Below, piece by piece: positions 53,551 to 63,335 of a DNA stretch of 64,000 bases (positions are counted from its first letter, which is position 1; each line of letters begins with the position of its first letter). Both the position numbers and the translations under genes were made by a program. The DNA is taken from assembly GCA_016235265.1 (NCBI GenBank), contig JACRLI010000015.1:133335-197334 (forward strand), read 5' to 3'. The notes beneath the pieces are model-generated. The model was not told where the DNA came from. It searched no databases and was given only the letters and a program-made list of their open reading frames with translations. Source of the DNA: Candidatus Eiseniibacteriota bacterium (GTDB lineage Bacteria > Eisenbacteria > RBG-16-71-46 > JACRLI01).

Positions 53551-55841
53551 ATGACCAGAACGCGCACCCTGGTATATCCGACAGCGTTCTTCTTCACCGC
53601 CGTGTGGCTGCTCGCCGTGGTGCAGGGCTTTCGACAGCCCTACACCGGGGCGGCGGTGCAGAGCGGCCGCGTGGACATGGTGGAGCCCGGCGGGCCCGCG
53701 GACCTCGCGGGGGGCACCCCCCGGCGCGCGAGATCACCTGGCAGGCGCTGCTGGCCCTCTCCGGCCTGGCGCTCATCCTGCTGGGCCTGTGGGTCCACCG
53801 CCGCAGGCCGCAGCCCGCGACCGCGCTGTTCCTGCTGCTGTCGGTGCTCCTGGCGCTCATCTTCAAGCCCTCCCTGCAGCTGCCCCCCGAGGTGCCCGCC
53901 CCCCTGGAGGAGTGGGTGCTGCAGGCGGCGCAGCTGGGCTTCCCGCCCCTGCTGATCCACTTCGTGATGCTCTTCCCGCCGCGCGCCGGCGGGCCGCAAC
54001 CCTCGAGGCGGCGCCTGGCCGCGGTGTACCTGCCGGCGGTGGCGCTGCTGCTGGTGAACGGCAGCGTGGCCACGGCGGCGCTGGCCGCCCCGGGGGAGTA
54101 CCACCGGGCGCTGGAGGCGGCCCAGGGGGTGGCGGCGCTCTACTTCCTGGGCGCGCTCGCGGTGGCATCGGCGCTGCTGCTGCGCACCTACCGGCGCGTG
54201 CGCACCACGGTGGAGCGCAACCGGATGCGGGTGGCGCTGTGGGGAACGCTGGTGGGCCTGCTGCCGCCGGCTTTGACCACGGTGGCCCTGATGTGGGTGC
54301 CGCTGTCGGCGGTGCCTTGGAGCCGCTACGCCTCGCTCTCGCTGTTGCTGGTCCCGGCCGCGTTCGCCGACGCCGCGGTGCGGCACCGGCTCTTCGATTT
54401 CGAGGTGGCGTTCAAGCGGGGCCTGGTCTACAGCACGCTGGCCGCCGCCTCGCTGGCGGTGTACGTGCTGCTGGCGCAGGTCGCCGGGCGGTGGCTCTCG
54501 CGGGCCACGCACCTGCCGGACCTGGTGTGGCCGGCGCTCTCGGTGTTCGCCGCCGGGCTGCTGTTCGCGCCCGCGCGGGCGCGGCTCTCCACCGCGGTGG
54601 ACCAGCTCTTCCTGCGCGGCCCATTCGACTACCGCGCGGCGCTGCTGCGCCTCACCCACGAACTGGCCCGCGTGCCCACCGTGGACGCCCTGATGGAGCG
54701 GGGCTTCCCGGGCCTGCTGGCGGCGCTGGGGCTCAAGCAGCTGGCCTTCTATCATGGAAGCGCGCCCGAAGCGCTGCGGCTGCGCCGCGCCGTGCCGGCG
54801 GACGCCGACCCCCCCGCCGAACTGTGCGTGCCCCCGGACTGCGCGCTGGCCGGCCTGGATGAGGCGGCGCCGTGGGACCCCGACACCGCCGCATGGAGCG
54901 GGTTGCCTTTGGAATCCCGGCGCGCGCTCGACGCCATGCGCGCCTGCGCCCTGGCGCCGCTGCGCCTCGATGGGCGGCTGGTGGGGCTGTGGGTGCTGGG
55001 ACCTCGCGCCGCGGGCCCGTGGTACGAGCCCGCCGATCTCGAGTTGCTCACCGGGCTTTCCGACCAGACGTCGCGCGCGCTGGACCGCGAGAGGGCGCAG
55101 CGGGAGGCCGAGACCCAGGCCCACCTCAAGCGCGAGTTGCTGGTGGCCCGGCACCTGCAGCGCATGCTGGTGCCGGCCCACACCCCGATCTACCCCACCT
55201 TGGACCTGGCCAGCGCCAGCCTGCCCTGCGAAGAGGTCGGGGGCGACTACTTCGATTTCATGCCGCAGGGCGACCACCGCTTCGGGTTCGTGATCGCCGA
55301 CAGTTCCGGCAAGGGAGTGCCCGCCGCGCTCCTGATGGCCGGCCTGCAGGCCCAGTTCCGCGCCGAGGCGCCGCGCCATCCCAGCCCCGGGGAGCTGCTG
55401 GCCCTGCTCAACGCCCGGGTGCGCCCGGAGGACGATCCCCGCAGGTACGTGGCCCTCTTCTACGCGCAGGTGGACGTGCGCGAGCGGCGCATCCGCTACG
55501 CCAACGGCGGGCACCCGCCGCCCATGCTGCTGCGCGCCAGCGGCTCGGTGGAACGGCTGAACGAGGGCGGCCTGCTGCTGGGAGTGTCCCCGGATGCCGG
55601 CTACCCGGAGGGCGAACTACAGCTGGAGCGCGGCGACCTGCTGGTGTTCTACACCGACGGGGTGGTCGAAGAACGCTCGGGCGACGATTTCTATGGCGAC
55701 GGCCGGCTGGAATCCGCCCTGGCCCGGCACCGCCACCTGCGCGCCCACCGCCTGGTGGACCGGGTCATCGAAGACGTGCAAGCTTTTAGCGGTGCGCCAC
55801 TTGGAGACGACGTCACGGTCGTGGCGATGAAGTTCCTCTAA
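53551..55841 (+). CDS. Membrane-bound sensor phosphatase: N-terminal TM/PDZ-like segment, about 8 TM helices, GAF, PP2C (SpoIIE-type). Reading frame broken in a G6-CA-C6 tract near 53709-53722
   Basis: ATG at 53551 (GAGG RBS) opens MTRTRTLVYPTAFFFTAVWLLAVVQGF...VEPGGPADLAGG. The main ORF (track 53604..55841) continues in a different frame with ...PPAREITWQALLALSGLALILLGLWV. One extra C in the C6 run joins them seamlessly. C-terminal PP2C motifs (GGDYFDF...IADSSGKGVPAALLM...FYTDGVVE). Confidence 0.65.
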
Positions 55842-56122
55842 GCTCTCCGGCCCCCAATCCCCGTTGGCCCCATCCATGCAATCCCCCCTTCAGAGTCCGG
55901 TGCTTTCTGCCGATACCCCAGGTGACGCCCCCGGTCGCATTGCGCCGGCACCCTGGCCAATGGAGGTGACGCTCAACCCGGAAGGCGAAGCCGGTAGACT
56001 ACCGGTCCTCTGCCACGGCCCCAACCGAAACCGGACCCGCCTCACCTCGCCTGGACCCCTGCGACGGCGGGCCCCTCGAGCAGCCTGGGACACGGGTGAA
56101 GAGCCCGTCCCTGGAGGGAACC

Positions 56123-56179
56123 ATGGATCCGGTCATTCTAGGGCTCCTGATCGACATCTTCTGGTGGCTGCACCGCTAG
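56123..56179 (+). CDS. Candidate small hydrophobic peptide (18 aa, MDPVILGLLIDIFWWLHR)
   Basis: ATG preceded by GGAGGGAACC in an otherwise non-coding 570-bp gap; too short for the ORF track. Confidence 0.3.
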   Translation: MDPVILGLLIDIFWWLHR

Positions 56180-56410
56180 CCGGAAGGTGACCCGAAGGCA
56201 GAGACGCCGGGGAAATTCCCTGATCCCCGGCGCACACCGGAGTGCGCGACGGCCGCGGGACGGCCCCGCACGCTCACGATGAATCCGGAAACCCCGACCG
56301 CACGGAAGCGGCCGGGGTTTCGCGTTTGGGGCGAATGGCGGGAGGCTTCGCGCCGCCGCGCCTGCCCGCCGCTACTCCCTGCCCCCCCTCTCCGCTACAC
56401 TGGCCCCGCG

Positions 56411-57628
56411 ATGGATCCCTTCGACCAGACCTCCCGCCTTCTCGCGGAATGCCGGGAACTGCAGCAATCGCTGCGCCGCTTCAGGACTCTGCGCGCGCTG
56501 CTCGCCGCCCCGGAAGGACCCGGGCTGCGGGCCCGCCTGGCGCGCGTGCTCGGCCACGTGAGGCTGCATGTGCCGACCGCCGGAGGGCCGCGACCCGGAG
56601 CGCCCGGCCCGGTTGCGTCGCTGCCGCCCGGGGATCCGGCGACTGCCGCGGCGCCGGATTCCCCGAAACCAGTGCGAGCCGTCCACTGGAACATCGAGAA
56701 GGCCCTGCGCCGCGCCGGCATCGAGCGGGCGCTGCGGGAGGAGCCCGGGCTCGCGGACGCGGACCTGGTGTTGCTCAACGAAGTGGATGTGGGCATGGCG
56801 CGCTCCGGCAACCTCGACGTGGCCGCCTCTCTGGGCGCGGCGCTGGGGCGGTTCGCGGCGTGGGCCCCGATGTTCCTGGAAATCACCGCGGGGCGCGACG
56901 ACGATGTGGCCGCCGCCGGCGGACGTGGGAATGCGGAAGGCCTCCTGGGCCTGGCGGGGCTGTCGCGATGGCCGCTGGGCGCGGTCCGCGTTGTGGAGCT
57001 TCCCTCTCCCTCCGAATTCCAGTTCGAGGTCGAGCGCATGTTCGGCCGGCACGTGGCGCTGGTGGCGGAGGTGCTGCGCCCCGGCGCGCCATTCGTGGCC
57101 GTCGCCGCGCACCTGGAAGTGCACCGCGGGCGCGCCCACCGCGCGGCGCAGGTGCGGGCCGCGGCGGAGGCGCTGCGGGGCGAGACCCGCCCGGTGATCC
57201 TGGGCGGCGACTTCAACACCCACACATTCGACCGGGGCGTGCCCCTGGCTTCGTTGCGCGCGGGCCTGCCGCTGCTGCTGGCCCCGGAAGCCGCGCTGGA
57301 GCGCCGCTTCGTGAGGCCCTTCGAGGGGCGCACGCGCGAGTTCCTGTTCGACGAGCTGCGGGACGCGGGTTTCGCGTGGGAGCCGTTCACCGACTTCGCG
57401 CCCACCCTGCGGCTGCGCTTCGAGCGCGTGCGTGAGGCCCGCGGGTTGTCCACGCTGCTGGGGCCGTTCCGGAACGCGGTGCTCGCGAGGATGGAGCGGC
57501 GGGCGCTGCTGAAGCTGGATTGGTTCGCGGGCCGCGGATGGAGCGGCGGGCGCGGGTGGACGGTGGTGGGGCTGGACGGGCCGGAGGGGCTCTCGGATCA
57601 CGCCCCGGTGGGTGCGGAGTTTCGCTGA
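56411..57628 (+). CDS. Endonuclease/exonuclease/phosphatase (EEP) family protein
   Basis: About 405 aa from ATG at 56411. EEP catalytic motifs (HWNIEKALRRAG...LLNEVD...GGDFNTH...SDHAPV). Confidence 0.75.
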   Translation: MDPFDQTSRLLAECRELQQSLRRFRTLRALLAAPEGPGLRARLARVLGHVRLHVPTAGGPRPGAPGPVASLPPGDPATAAAPDSPKPVRAVHWNIEKALRRAGIERALREEPGLADADLVLLNEVDVGMARSGNLDVAASLGAALGRFAAWAPMFLEITAGRDDDVAAAGGRGNAEGLLGLAGLSRWPLGAVRVVELPSPSEFQFEVERMFGRHVALVAEVLRPGAPFVAVAAHLEVHRGRAHRAAQVRAAAEALRGETRPVILGGDFNTHTFDRGVPLASLRAGLPLLLAPEAALERRFVRPFEGRTREFLFDELRDAGFAWEPFTDFAPTLRLRFERVREARGLSTLLGPFRNAVLARMERRALLKLDWFAGRGWSGGRGWTVVGLDGPEGLSDHAPVGAEFR

Positions 57629-57712
57629 GGCGGCCGTGAGCGGTGTGGCGCGGCCGGCGCCGCTCGCGTGCTCCATCCGGCGCGGGGCGCGCCGTCGCGG
57701 GCACGGGCCCCG

Positions 57713-58501
57713 TCAGCCGGCGCGCAACCCGGTGAGAAACGCCCCCGCCGCGCGGGCGGCGCCCTCCGGTCCGGCGGCGTCCATGCGCTTGAGCAGCGCC
57801 GAGCCCACGATCACCGCGTCCGCCAGGCCGGTGAACCGGCCCACGTGCGCGGCACTCTCGATGCCGAAGCCCACGGCGACCGGCAGCGGCGTCATGGCGC
57901 GCAATCCGCGCAGCAGCTCCTCCAGGCCCGCGGCGGCCTCGCCCTTGCCGGTGACCCCGGTGCGGCTCACCACGTACACGTAGCCGCCCGCGCCTTCCAG
58001 GATCCGCCGCAGCCGCCCGGGGCGGGTGAGCGGAGTGACCAGGCGCACCGCGCCCACGCCGGCGTCGCGCAGCGCGTCCCACACCTCCGGCAGCTCGTCG
58101 GGAGGCACGTCGGTGAGGATGACCCCGTCCACCCCCGACTCCGCGGCACGGCGCGCGAACGCCCCGGCGCCGAAACGCAGCAGCGGGTTGGCGTAGGTCA
58201 TCATCACGATCGGCAGGGCGCAGCGGGCGTGGATCTCGGCAGCCATGGCCAGCGAGCGCTCCACGGTCATGCCGTGGCCCAGCGCCACCTGCGAGGAGGC
58301 CTGGATCACCGGCCCGTCGGCGATGGGATCGGAAAACGGGATGCCCAGCTCGAGCGCGGCGGCCCCGGCCGCGGCCAGTGCCACGGCGGCGTCCACGGTT
58401 CGCGCGGGGTCGGGGTGGCCTGCGGTCAGGAACGGCACCAAAGCGGGACGGCCCCCCGGGGAGCAGACCCGGAGAGCCGTCTCGAGACGCGCCGCGGGCA
58501 T
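57713..58501 (-). CDS. trpA: Tryptophan synthase alpha subunit TrpA
   Basis: 262 aa from ATG at 58501 (ATGA overlap). TrpA motifs (LVPFLTAGHPD, ELGIPFSDPIADGPVIQ, VGFGI). Confidence 0.9.
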   Translation of the reverse strand: MPAARLETALRVCSPGGRPALVPFLTAGHPDPARTVDAAVALAAAGAAALELGIPFSDPIADGPVIQASSQVALGHGMTVERSLAMAAEIHARCALPIVMMTYANPLLRFGAGAFARRAAESGVDGVILTDVPPDELPEVWDALRDAGVGAVRLVTPLTRPGRLRRILEGAGGYVYVVSRTGVTGKGEAAAGLEELLRGLRAMTPLPVAVGFGIESAAHVGRFTGLADAVIVGSALLKRMDAAGPEGAARAAGAFLTGLRAG

Positions 58502-59010
58502 CAGCGCGGGAACATCGAGACCGGGTCGGTCTCGTACCCCAGCGGCGTGTAGCGCGGGTTCCAGGTGCCCGGCATGCGCTGGTACTGGATGGTGATCAGC
58601 GAGTGCTCGCCGGCCTTGTAGCTCAAGTTGACGTCGTGCAGGAACAGCCCCGGCTTGGCGGAGTAGCCGAAGTACGAGCCGCTGGACATGAACAGGTTGC
58701 CCACCCCCACCGACATGGTGAGCGGGCCCGAGGCGCGGTAGTTGAGGCGGGTGACGTTCAGTCCCTGGGAGAGCGTGCCGCCGCCGCCCGACATCACCGA
58801 AAAGGTGGTCTCGTTGGTGATCTTGAAGCGGCTGGGGTCCAGCGCCCCCAGGAGCGAGCGCGAGCCCGAACCCGAATAGCCCGCCGGCGAGCCCTGCTCC
58901 GACGAACGGCCGAACATGTCCAGCCCGCTGCGCGAAAGGTAGGTGTCCTCCGCGCGCGCGGTGGTGGCGCAGGCGGCGAGAACCACGAGAATTGCCAGGC
59001 AGCGCTTCAT
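58501..59010 (-). CDS. Secreted hypothetical protein (signal peptide; possible small beta-barrel)
   Basis: 169 aa from ATG at 59010 (GGGAGGAAC RBS); signal peptide MKRCLAILVVLAACATTARA; Gly/Ser/Tyr-rich beta-type composition. Confidence 0.5.
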   Translation of the reverse strand: MKRCLAILVVLAACATTARAEDTYLSRSGLDMFGRSSEQGSPAGYSGSGSRSLLGALDPSRFKITNETTFSVMSGGGGTLSQGLNVTRLNYRASGPLTMSVGVGNLFMSSGSYFGYSAKPGLFLHDVNLSYKAGEHSLITIQYQRMPGTWNPRYTPLGYETDPVSMFPR

Positions 59011-59295
59011 GGGTTTGCGTTCCTCCCTGGAAGACCGGAGGCCAGGCCCCGGCCGACACATCCTCTAGATTAGGTCAGGCTGGCCGGGCAAGTCAACGGC
59101 CAGGGAATCGGGACCCCGGGAGGTCGGCTGGGGTCGCCGCGGCGTAATCGCCGCTGCCGCAACGTCCGGAAGGGCGCAGACTCCCCCGGGGCCGTCGCGG
59201 CCGGTACTGAATAGGACGCGCGAGACGACCGCGGGGTTCCCCCGGAAACGCCCCGGCCCCCGGCGCGCAGGACGGGGGCCGCAGGCGGAATGGGA

Positions 59296-59319
59296 CGGGC
59301 GGCCCGCGAAGGCCGCCCG
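59296..59319 (-). terminator. Candidate intrinsic terminator hairpin downstream of the MglA-like gene
   Basis: Palindrome CGGGCGGCC-cgcgaa-GGCCGCCCG (9-bp stem) 29 nt after the stop, followed on the transcript by a modestly U-rich stretch (UCCCAUUCC). Confidence 0.35.
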
Positions 59320-59347
59320 CGCAGTGACGTCCAGGCGAGCCGGCGAC

Positions 59348-60955
59348 CTACTCGTCGACGGCCTGGACCTCGATGACGAGGTTGATCCGCACCTTCTGCC
59401 CCGGCTTCAGCCCCGAGAGGCTCACCGGGATGGTAAAGGTGCGGTCCACCGGTGCGGGCCCGGCTTCGCCGTGGGCCGCCGCGACCGGGGCTCCAACCTC
59501 GTGGTGCAACTCGACGACTTCGGCCTGCAGCTTCGGGTACGGCGCCTGCGAGCCGGCGCCCGGGCGACCGCCGATGCTCTCCGGCAAGTCGCGGCTGCCG
59601 AACCCCTCGCGGAAGTCGGGCAGGTCCAGCGGACGGTCGTCGGAGGGCGGGGGCAGCTCGTCCGCCTGCACGGCGGCCGCCTCCTCCAACGATGCGGACA
59701 CCGCGGGCGGCTCGAACACTGTGGCCGGCTCCGGCCGGGTCACCACCGCCGGCGGCGCGCACGTCTCCACCGCGGTGGCCGCGAAGCCGGCGGATTCCGC
59801 CTGCTGCCGCGCGGCAAACTCAGACACTCCCACCGCCTCGACGGACTCCTGGACCGGGGGCGCGACGCCATTGCCCTTGCCGGTCTTGAGCCACGTGGCG
59901 AACCGCTCCGCGAGCGACGGAGCCCGCCGGGAAGCAGCCGCGGAGTACATGGACGCCTCCGCCGGGGAAGCGCCGTACGTGGAGGCGTCCGCTGAAGCGG
60001 CCGCGGCCATCGCCGCGCCTGCGCCCGCGGCCGAAGCCATCGCCGGCTCCGGTTCGGGCACCGCCGGCTGCGGGGGCGGCGCCGGTGCCAGTGGCTGGCT
60101 CTCCCGCACCCCTGGCGCGGCGGCCGCCGGGGCGGGATCGAAGACCGCCGGAGCGGGAGCCTGGATCTCGGGCCGGCTCGTCTCGCGGACGGCCGGCGCC
60201 GGCGCGTGGGACGCGGAAGCGGCCTCGAAGGCCACCGGCTCGGGCTCCGGCAGGGATCGCGCCGGCGCCGGCGCGGACGCCGCCGGCGGGGCGGAAGGAG
60301 AAGCGGGCGCGGAAGCCATGGGACGCGCTTCGCCGGCGGACATCGCCGACGAACTGCGCGCGCCGAGCTTCAGCTCCCGGTTCAGGTTCTCGAGCAGCAG
60401 CCGCGACACGCCGCGGAAAGTCTCGAACACTCCGTCACCCTTGACCGCCACCGCCTCGAACCACGGCACGCCCTTGGGGTTGAGCTCGCGGTTGAGCTCT
60501 TCGACGGTGTAGACATCCGGCAGGTCGCGCTTGTTGTACTGGATCACCCAGGGCACCTGGTCCAGGGACAGGTTGTACTCGGCCAGGTTGTCCACCAGGT
60601 TCTGCAGGCTGTCCAGGTTCTCCTGCATCCGGCCGCGCTCCGAGTCGGCCACGAACACGATGGCGTCGGCCCCCCGCAGCACCAGCTTGCGGGTGGCGTT
60701 GTAGAACACCTGCCCCGGCACGGTGTAGAGCATGAACCGGGTCTTGAAGCCGGAGATCTCGCCCAGGTCAATGGGCAGCAGGTCGAAGAACAGCGTGCGG
60801 TCGTTCTGGGTCTTCATCGAGACCATCTTGCCGCGGCTGGTGGACGGGATGGCGCCGTAGATGAACTCGAGGTTGGTGGTCTTGCCGGAGAGCCCGGTGC
60901 CGTAATAGACCAGCTTGGCGTTGATTTCGCGGCCCGAATAACTTACGACAACCAC
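59348..60955 (-). CDS. MglA-like Ras-family small GTPase fused to a roughly 340-aa Ala/Pro-rich low-complexity region and a C-terminal beta-rich domain
   Basis: GTG at 60955 with AGGAGG RBS. First about 195 aa align with Myxococcus MglA (REINAKLVYYGTGLSGKTTNL...DRTLFFDLLP...TVPGQVFY...VIQYNKRDL). The rest is a long A/P/S-rich segment ending in TFTIPVSLSGLKPGQKVRINLVIEVQAVDE. Confidence 0.75.
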   Translation of the reverse strand: MVVVSYSGREINAKLVYYGTGLSGKTTNLEFIYGAIPSTSRGKMVSMKTQNDRTLFFDLLPIDLGEISGFKTRFMLYTVPGQVFYNATRKLVLRGADAIVFVADSERGRMQENLDSLQNLVDNLAEYNLSLDQVPWVIQYNKRDLPDVYTVEELNRELNPKGVPWFEAVAVKGDGVFETFRGVSRLLLENLNRELKLGARSSSAMSAGEARPMASAPASPSAPPAASAPAPARSLPEPEPVAFEAASASHAPAPAVRETSRPEIQAPAPAVFDPAPAAAAPGVRESQPLAPAPPPQPAVPEPEPAMASAAGAGAAMAAAASADASTYGASPAEASMYSAAASRRAPSLAERFATWLKTGKGNGVAPPVQESVEAVGVSEFAARQQAESAGFAATAVETCAPPAVVTRPEPATVFEPPAVSASLEEAAAVQADELPPPSDDRPLDLPDFREGFGSRDLPESIGGRPGAGSQAPYPKLQAEVVELHHEVGAPVAAAHGEAGPAPVDRTFTIPVSLSGLKPGQKVRINLVIEVQAVDE

Positions 60956-61079
60956 AAAGCCTCCTTGCGAGATGCGGCCCGCCCGGCGGTGCGTGAGGCC
61001 GGTGCTCGCCTGCGATGCGAATCGGCAGCCTTCAGCGGGATTGGGCGCATTGGGCGCGGATTCCCTGCCCTGAAGATTC

Positions 61080-61094
61080 GCACCATTCGTGCCA
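61080..61094 (-). promoter_or_regulatory. Sigma54-like promoter upstream of the MglA-like gene (imperfect -12)
   Basis: Minus strand reads TGGCACG-AATG-GTGC; GG and GC correctly spaced but G replaces T at -14; about 110 nt upstream of the GTG. Confidence 0.4.
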
Positions 61095-61207
61095 GCCTCC
61101 CGGTCGTTGGGAGCGCGGACTTTGCAGGCGGCTTTCGCGGGTTTCGTCGAGCCGGGACGCGCAAACTGCACGGGGAACCGGGCAGACTCGCGATCGCCCC
61201 GCGACCG

Positions 61208-61654
61208 TCAGCTGGCCATGGCCGCGACGGCGCTCCGGCGAATCCAGATTCCTTCCTTCTCCTTGAGCTGCGGGCCCCCCTCCAGGCGGGCGTCGGGCGC
61301 GGTGTAGTGCGAGAGGAAGATCCGCTTGAGCTCCGGGTAGTGCTCGGTCGGGAAGTAGCGACACACGCGCGTGACCATGCCGTCGGTGTCCGAATAGACG
61401 TAGAGCGTGACCTCGGTCACCCGGTCGAACGTGTTCTGGCTGTACGCGACCTCGGGGGACTCCTCGAGGTCGAGCCACAGCGAGGCGCCACAGTTGCGGA
61501 CCTCGAAGCCGTGCTTGTGGACCATCAGGTATTCCCACAAGCCGAAGATTTCCATCGGGATGTAGCGGGAGCTCGGTGCGGACCGGCCGCTGCTGACTTC
61601 GCAGCGAACGAGCTTCTGGCTGGGCATGGGTCTTCCTCCTTGAAAGACCGACAT
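61208..61654 (-). CDS. Hypothetical protein (148 aa)
   Basis: ORF with coding-like composition (MPSQKLVRCEVSSG...EIFGLWEYLMVHKHGFEVRN...); no family recognised. Confidence 0.4.
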   Translation of the reverse strand: MSVFQGGRPMPSQKLVRCEVSSGRSAPSSRYIPMEIFGLWEYLMVHKHGFEVRNCGASLWLDLEESPEVAYSQNTFDRVTEVTLYVYSDTDGMVTRVCRYFPTEHYPELKRIFLSHYTAPDARLEGGPQLKEKEGIWIRRSAVAAMAS

Positions 61655-61874
61655 TGGGCGGGCGCCCGGTTACGGTGTCGCACTATAGCCAGAGCCGGCG
61701 ATAAGTGTCAACGAGGGGTATGGCCCGCCGGCGGCTCCCGGCCGGCCCCCCCCGACCGGGCGGAGCGGGAGACGGGGCGCGGCCGCGGCTGCGCGAACGC
61801 CCCCGCTGGGCTATGATGGCCGGGTTCTGTGCCGTCCGATGAGCAGCGCCCAACCCACGGGAGAGGAAGCAGCG

Positions 61875-63329
61875 ATGTCGAGCGCAATCGAGGGTCTGAA
61901 GCCGGAACTGGTCTGGAAGTACTTCGCCGGGCTGTCGAAGATTCCCCGCGGATCGAAGAACGAAGCGGCCGCGGGCGCGTGGGTCCTGAAGGTGGCGAAG
62001 CAGCTGGGGCTGGAAGCGCGCCAGGACCGCTGGGGTAACGTGGTGGCGCGCAAGCCGGCCTCGCCCGGTCGCGAACGGACGCCCTCGGTGTGCCTGCAGG
62101 GCCACCTGGACATGGTGTGCGAGAAGCGTCCCGATCTCAAACACGACTTCCTCAAGGACCCGCTGAACCTGGTGCGCGACGGGGAGTGGCTGCGGGCCGA
62201 CGGCACCACGCTGGGAGCCGACAACGGCATCGCGGTGGCCTCGGCGCTGGCGATCATGGAGGACCGCTCCCTGGAGCACGGCCCGCTGGAATTCCTGTTC
62301 ACGGTGGACGAGGAGACCGGCCTGACCGGGGCCAAGGGGCTGGAGCCCGGCTTCGTGACCAGCCGCATCCTGCTGAATCTCGACTCCGAGGAGGAGACCG
62401 CGCTGTTCGTCGGCTGCTCCGGCGGGCGCGACACCAACGGGAACTGGGCCCTCGAGTGGGACGCGGCCCCCGCGGGCTCCGTGGCCCTTGAGATCACCGT
62501 GGGAGGGCTGCGGGGCGGCCACTCGGGCCTGGAGATCGACAAGGGCCGCGGCAACGCCATCAAGATCCTGGGCCGCGCGCTGCGCCTGGCGGGGGAATCC
62601 GGAGCGCGGCTGGCGCGCATGGACGGCGGCAACAAGCGCAACGCGATCCCGCGCGACGCGGTGGCGCTGGTGTGGGTTCCGAAGGCGAAGCTGGCGGGCG
62701 CGACCGCCGCGCTGGAGGAGTTCGACCGCGTGGCGCGCGCGGAGCTGGCCACCGTGGAGCCCGGGTTGCGGGTGACCGCCACGGCGGTGAAGACGCGCGG
62801 CGGAAAGGTATTCCGGCGCCCGCTGCAGAAGAAGCTGCTGCAGGTGATCTCGGGGCTGCCCCACGGCGTCATCAAGATGAGCGCGGAGATCTCGTGGCTG
62901 GTGGAGACCTCCACCAACGTGGCGGTCATCGCCACCGGCAAGAAGTCGGTGTCCCTGGCCACCAGCCAGCGCAGCTCGGTGGCGTCCGAGATCCAGGAGA
63001 TCGGCGACACGGTGGTGGCGGTGCTCGAGCTGGGCGGGGCCGAGGTGCATGTCTCCGACGGTTACCCGGGCTGGAAGCCCAACCTGGACTCGCCCATCCT
63101 CAAGACCGCGGCAGGCACCTACCGCCGGCTGCGCGGCAGCGAGCCGGACGTGAAGGCGGTCCACGCCGGCCTGGAGTGCGGCATCATCGGGGAGCGCTAC
63201 CCCGGAATGGACATGGTCTCGTTCGGCCCGGTGCTGGAGTCGGTGCACTCGCCGGAGGAGCGCATCCACGTCGGCTCGGTGGGGCGGTTCTACGAGTTCC
63301 TGCTGGCGATCCTGAAGGACGTGAAGTAG
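61875..63329 (+). CDS. pepD: Aminoacyl-histidine dipeptidase PepD (M20 family)
   Basis: About 484 aa from ATG at 61875 (GGGAGAGGAAG RBS); PepD signature (GNVVARKPAS...HLDMVCEK...GADNGIAVA...DEETGLTGA). Confidence 0.88.
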   Translation: MSSAIEGLKPELVWKYFAGLSKIPRGSKNEAAAGAWVLKVAKQLGLEARQDRWGNVVARKPASPGRERTPSVCLQGHLDMVCEKRPDLKHDFLKDPLNLVRDGEWLRADGTTLGADNGIAVASALAIMEDRSLEHGPLEFLFTVDEETGLTGAKGLEPGFVTSRILLNLDSEEETALFVGCSGGRDTNGNWALEWDAAPAGSVALEITVGGLRGGHSGLEIDKGRGNAIKILGRALRLAGESGARLARMDGGNKRNAIPRDAVALVWVPKAKLAGATAALEEFDRVARAELATVEPGLRVTATAVKTRGGKVFRRPLQKKLLQVISGLPHGVIKMSAEISWLVETSTNVAVIATGKKSVSLATSQRSSVASEIQEIGDTVVAVLELGGAEVHVSDGYPGWKPNLDSPILKTAAGTYRRLRGSEPDVKAVHAGLECGIIGERYPGMDMVSFGPVLESVHSPEERIHVGSVGRFYEFLLAILKDVK

Positions 63330-63335
63330 GCGGCG

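Noticed and set aside
53262-53597. Long N-terminal extension of FlgF (track ORF start 53597), and similar extensions of FlgD (to 6153), FlgM (to 29156), CsrA (to 44610), STAS (to 26040), TrpA, FlgH, FlgI, PepD and the EEP gene
   Set aside because: The extensions lack homology and often contain the RBS or promoter of the real start. Internal starts with Shine-Dalgarno sequences give canonical protein lengths.
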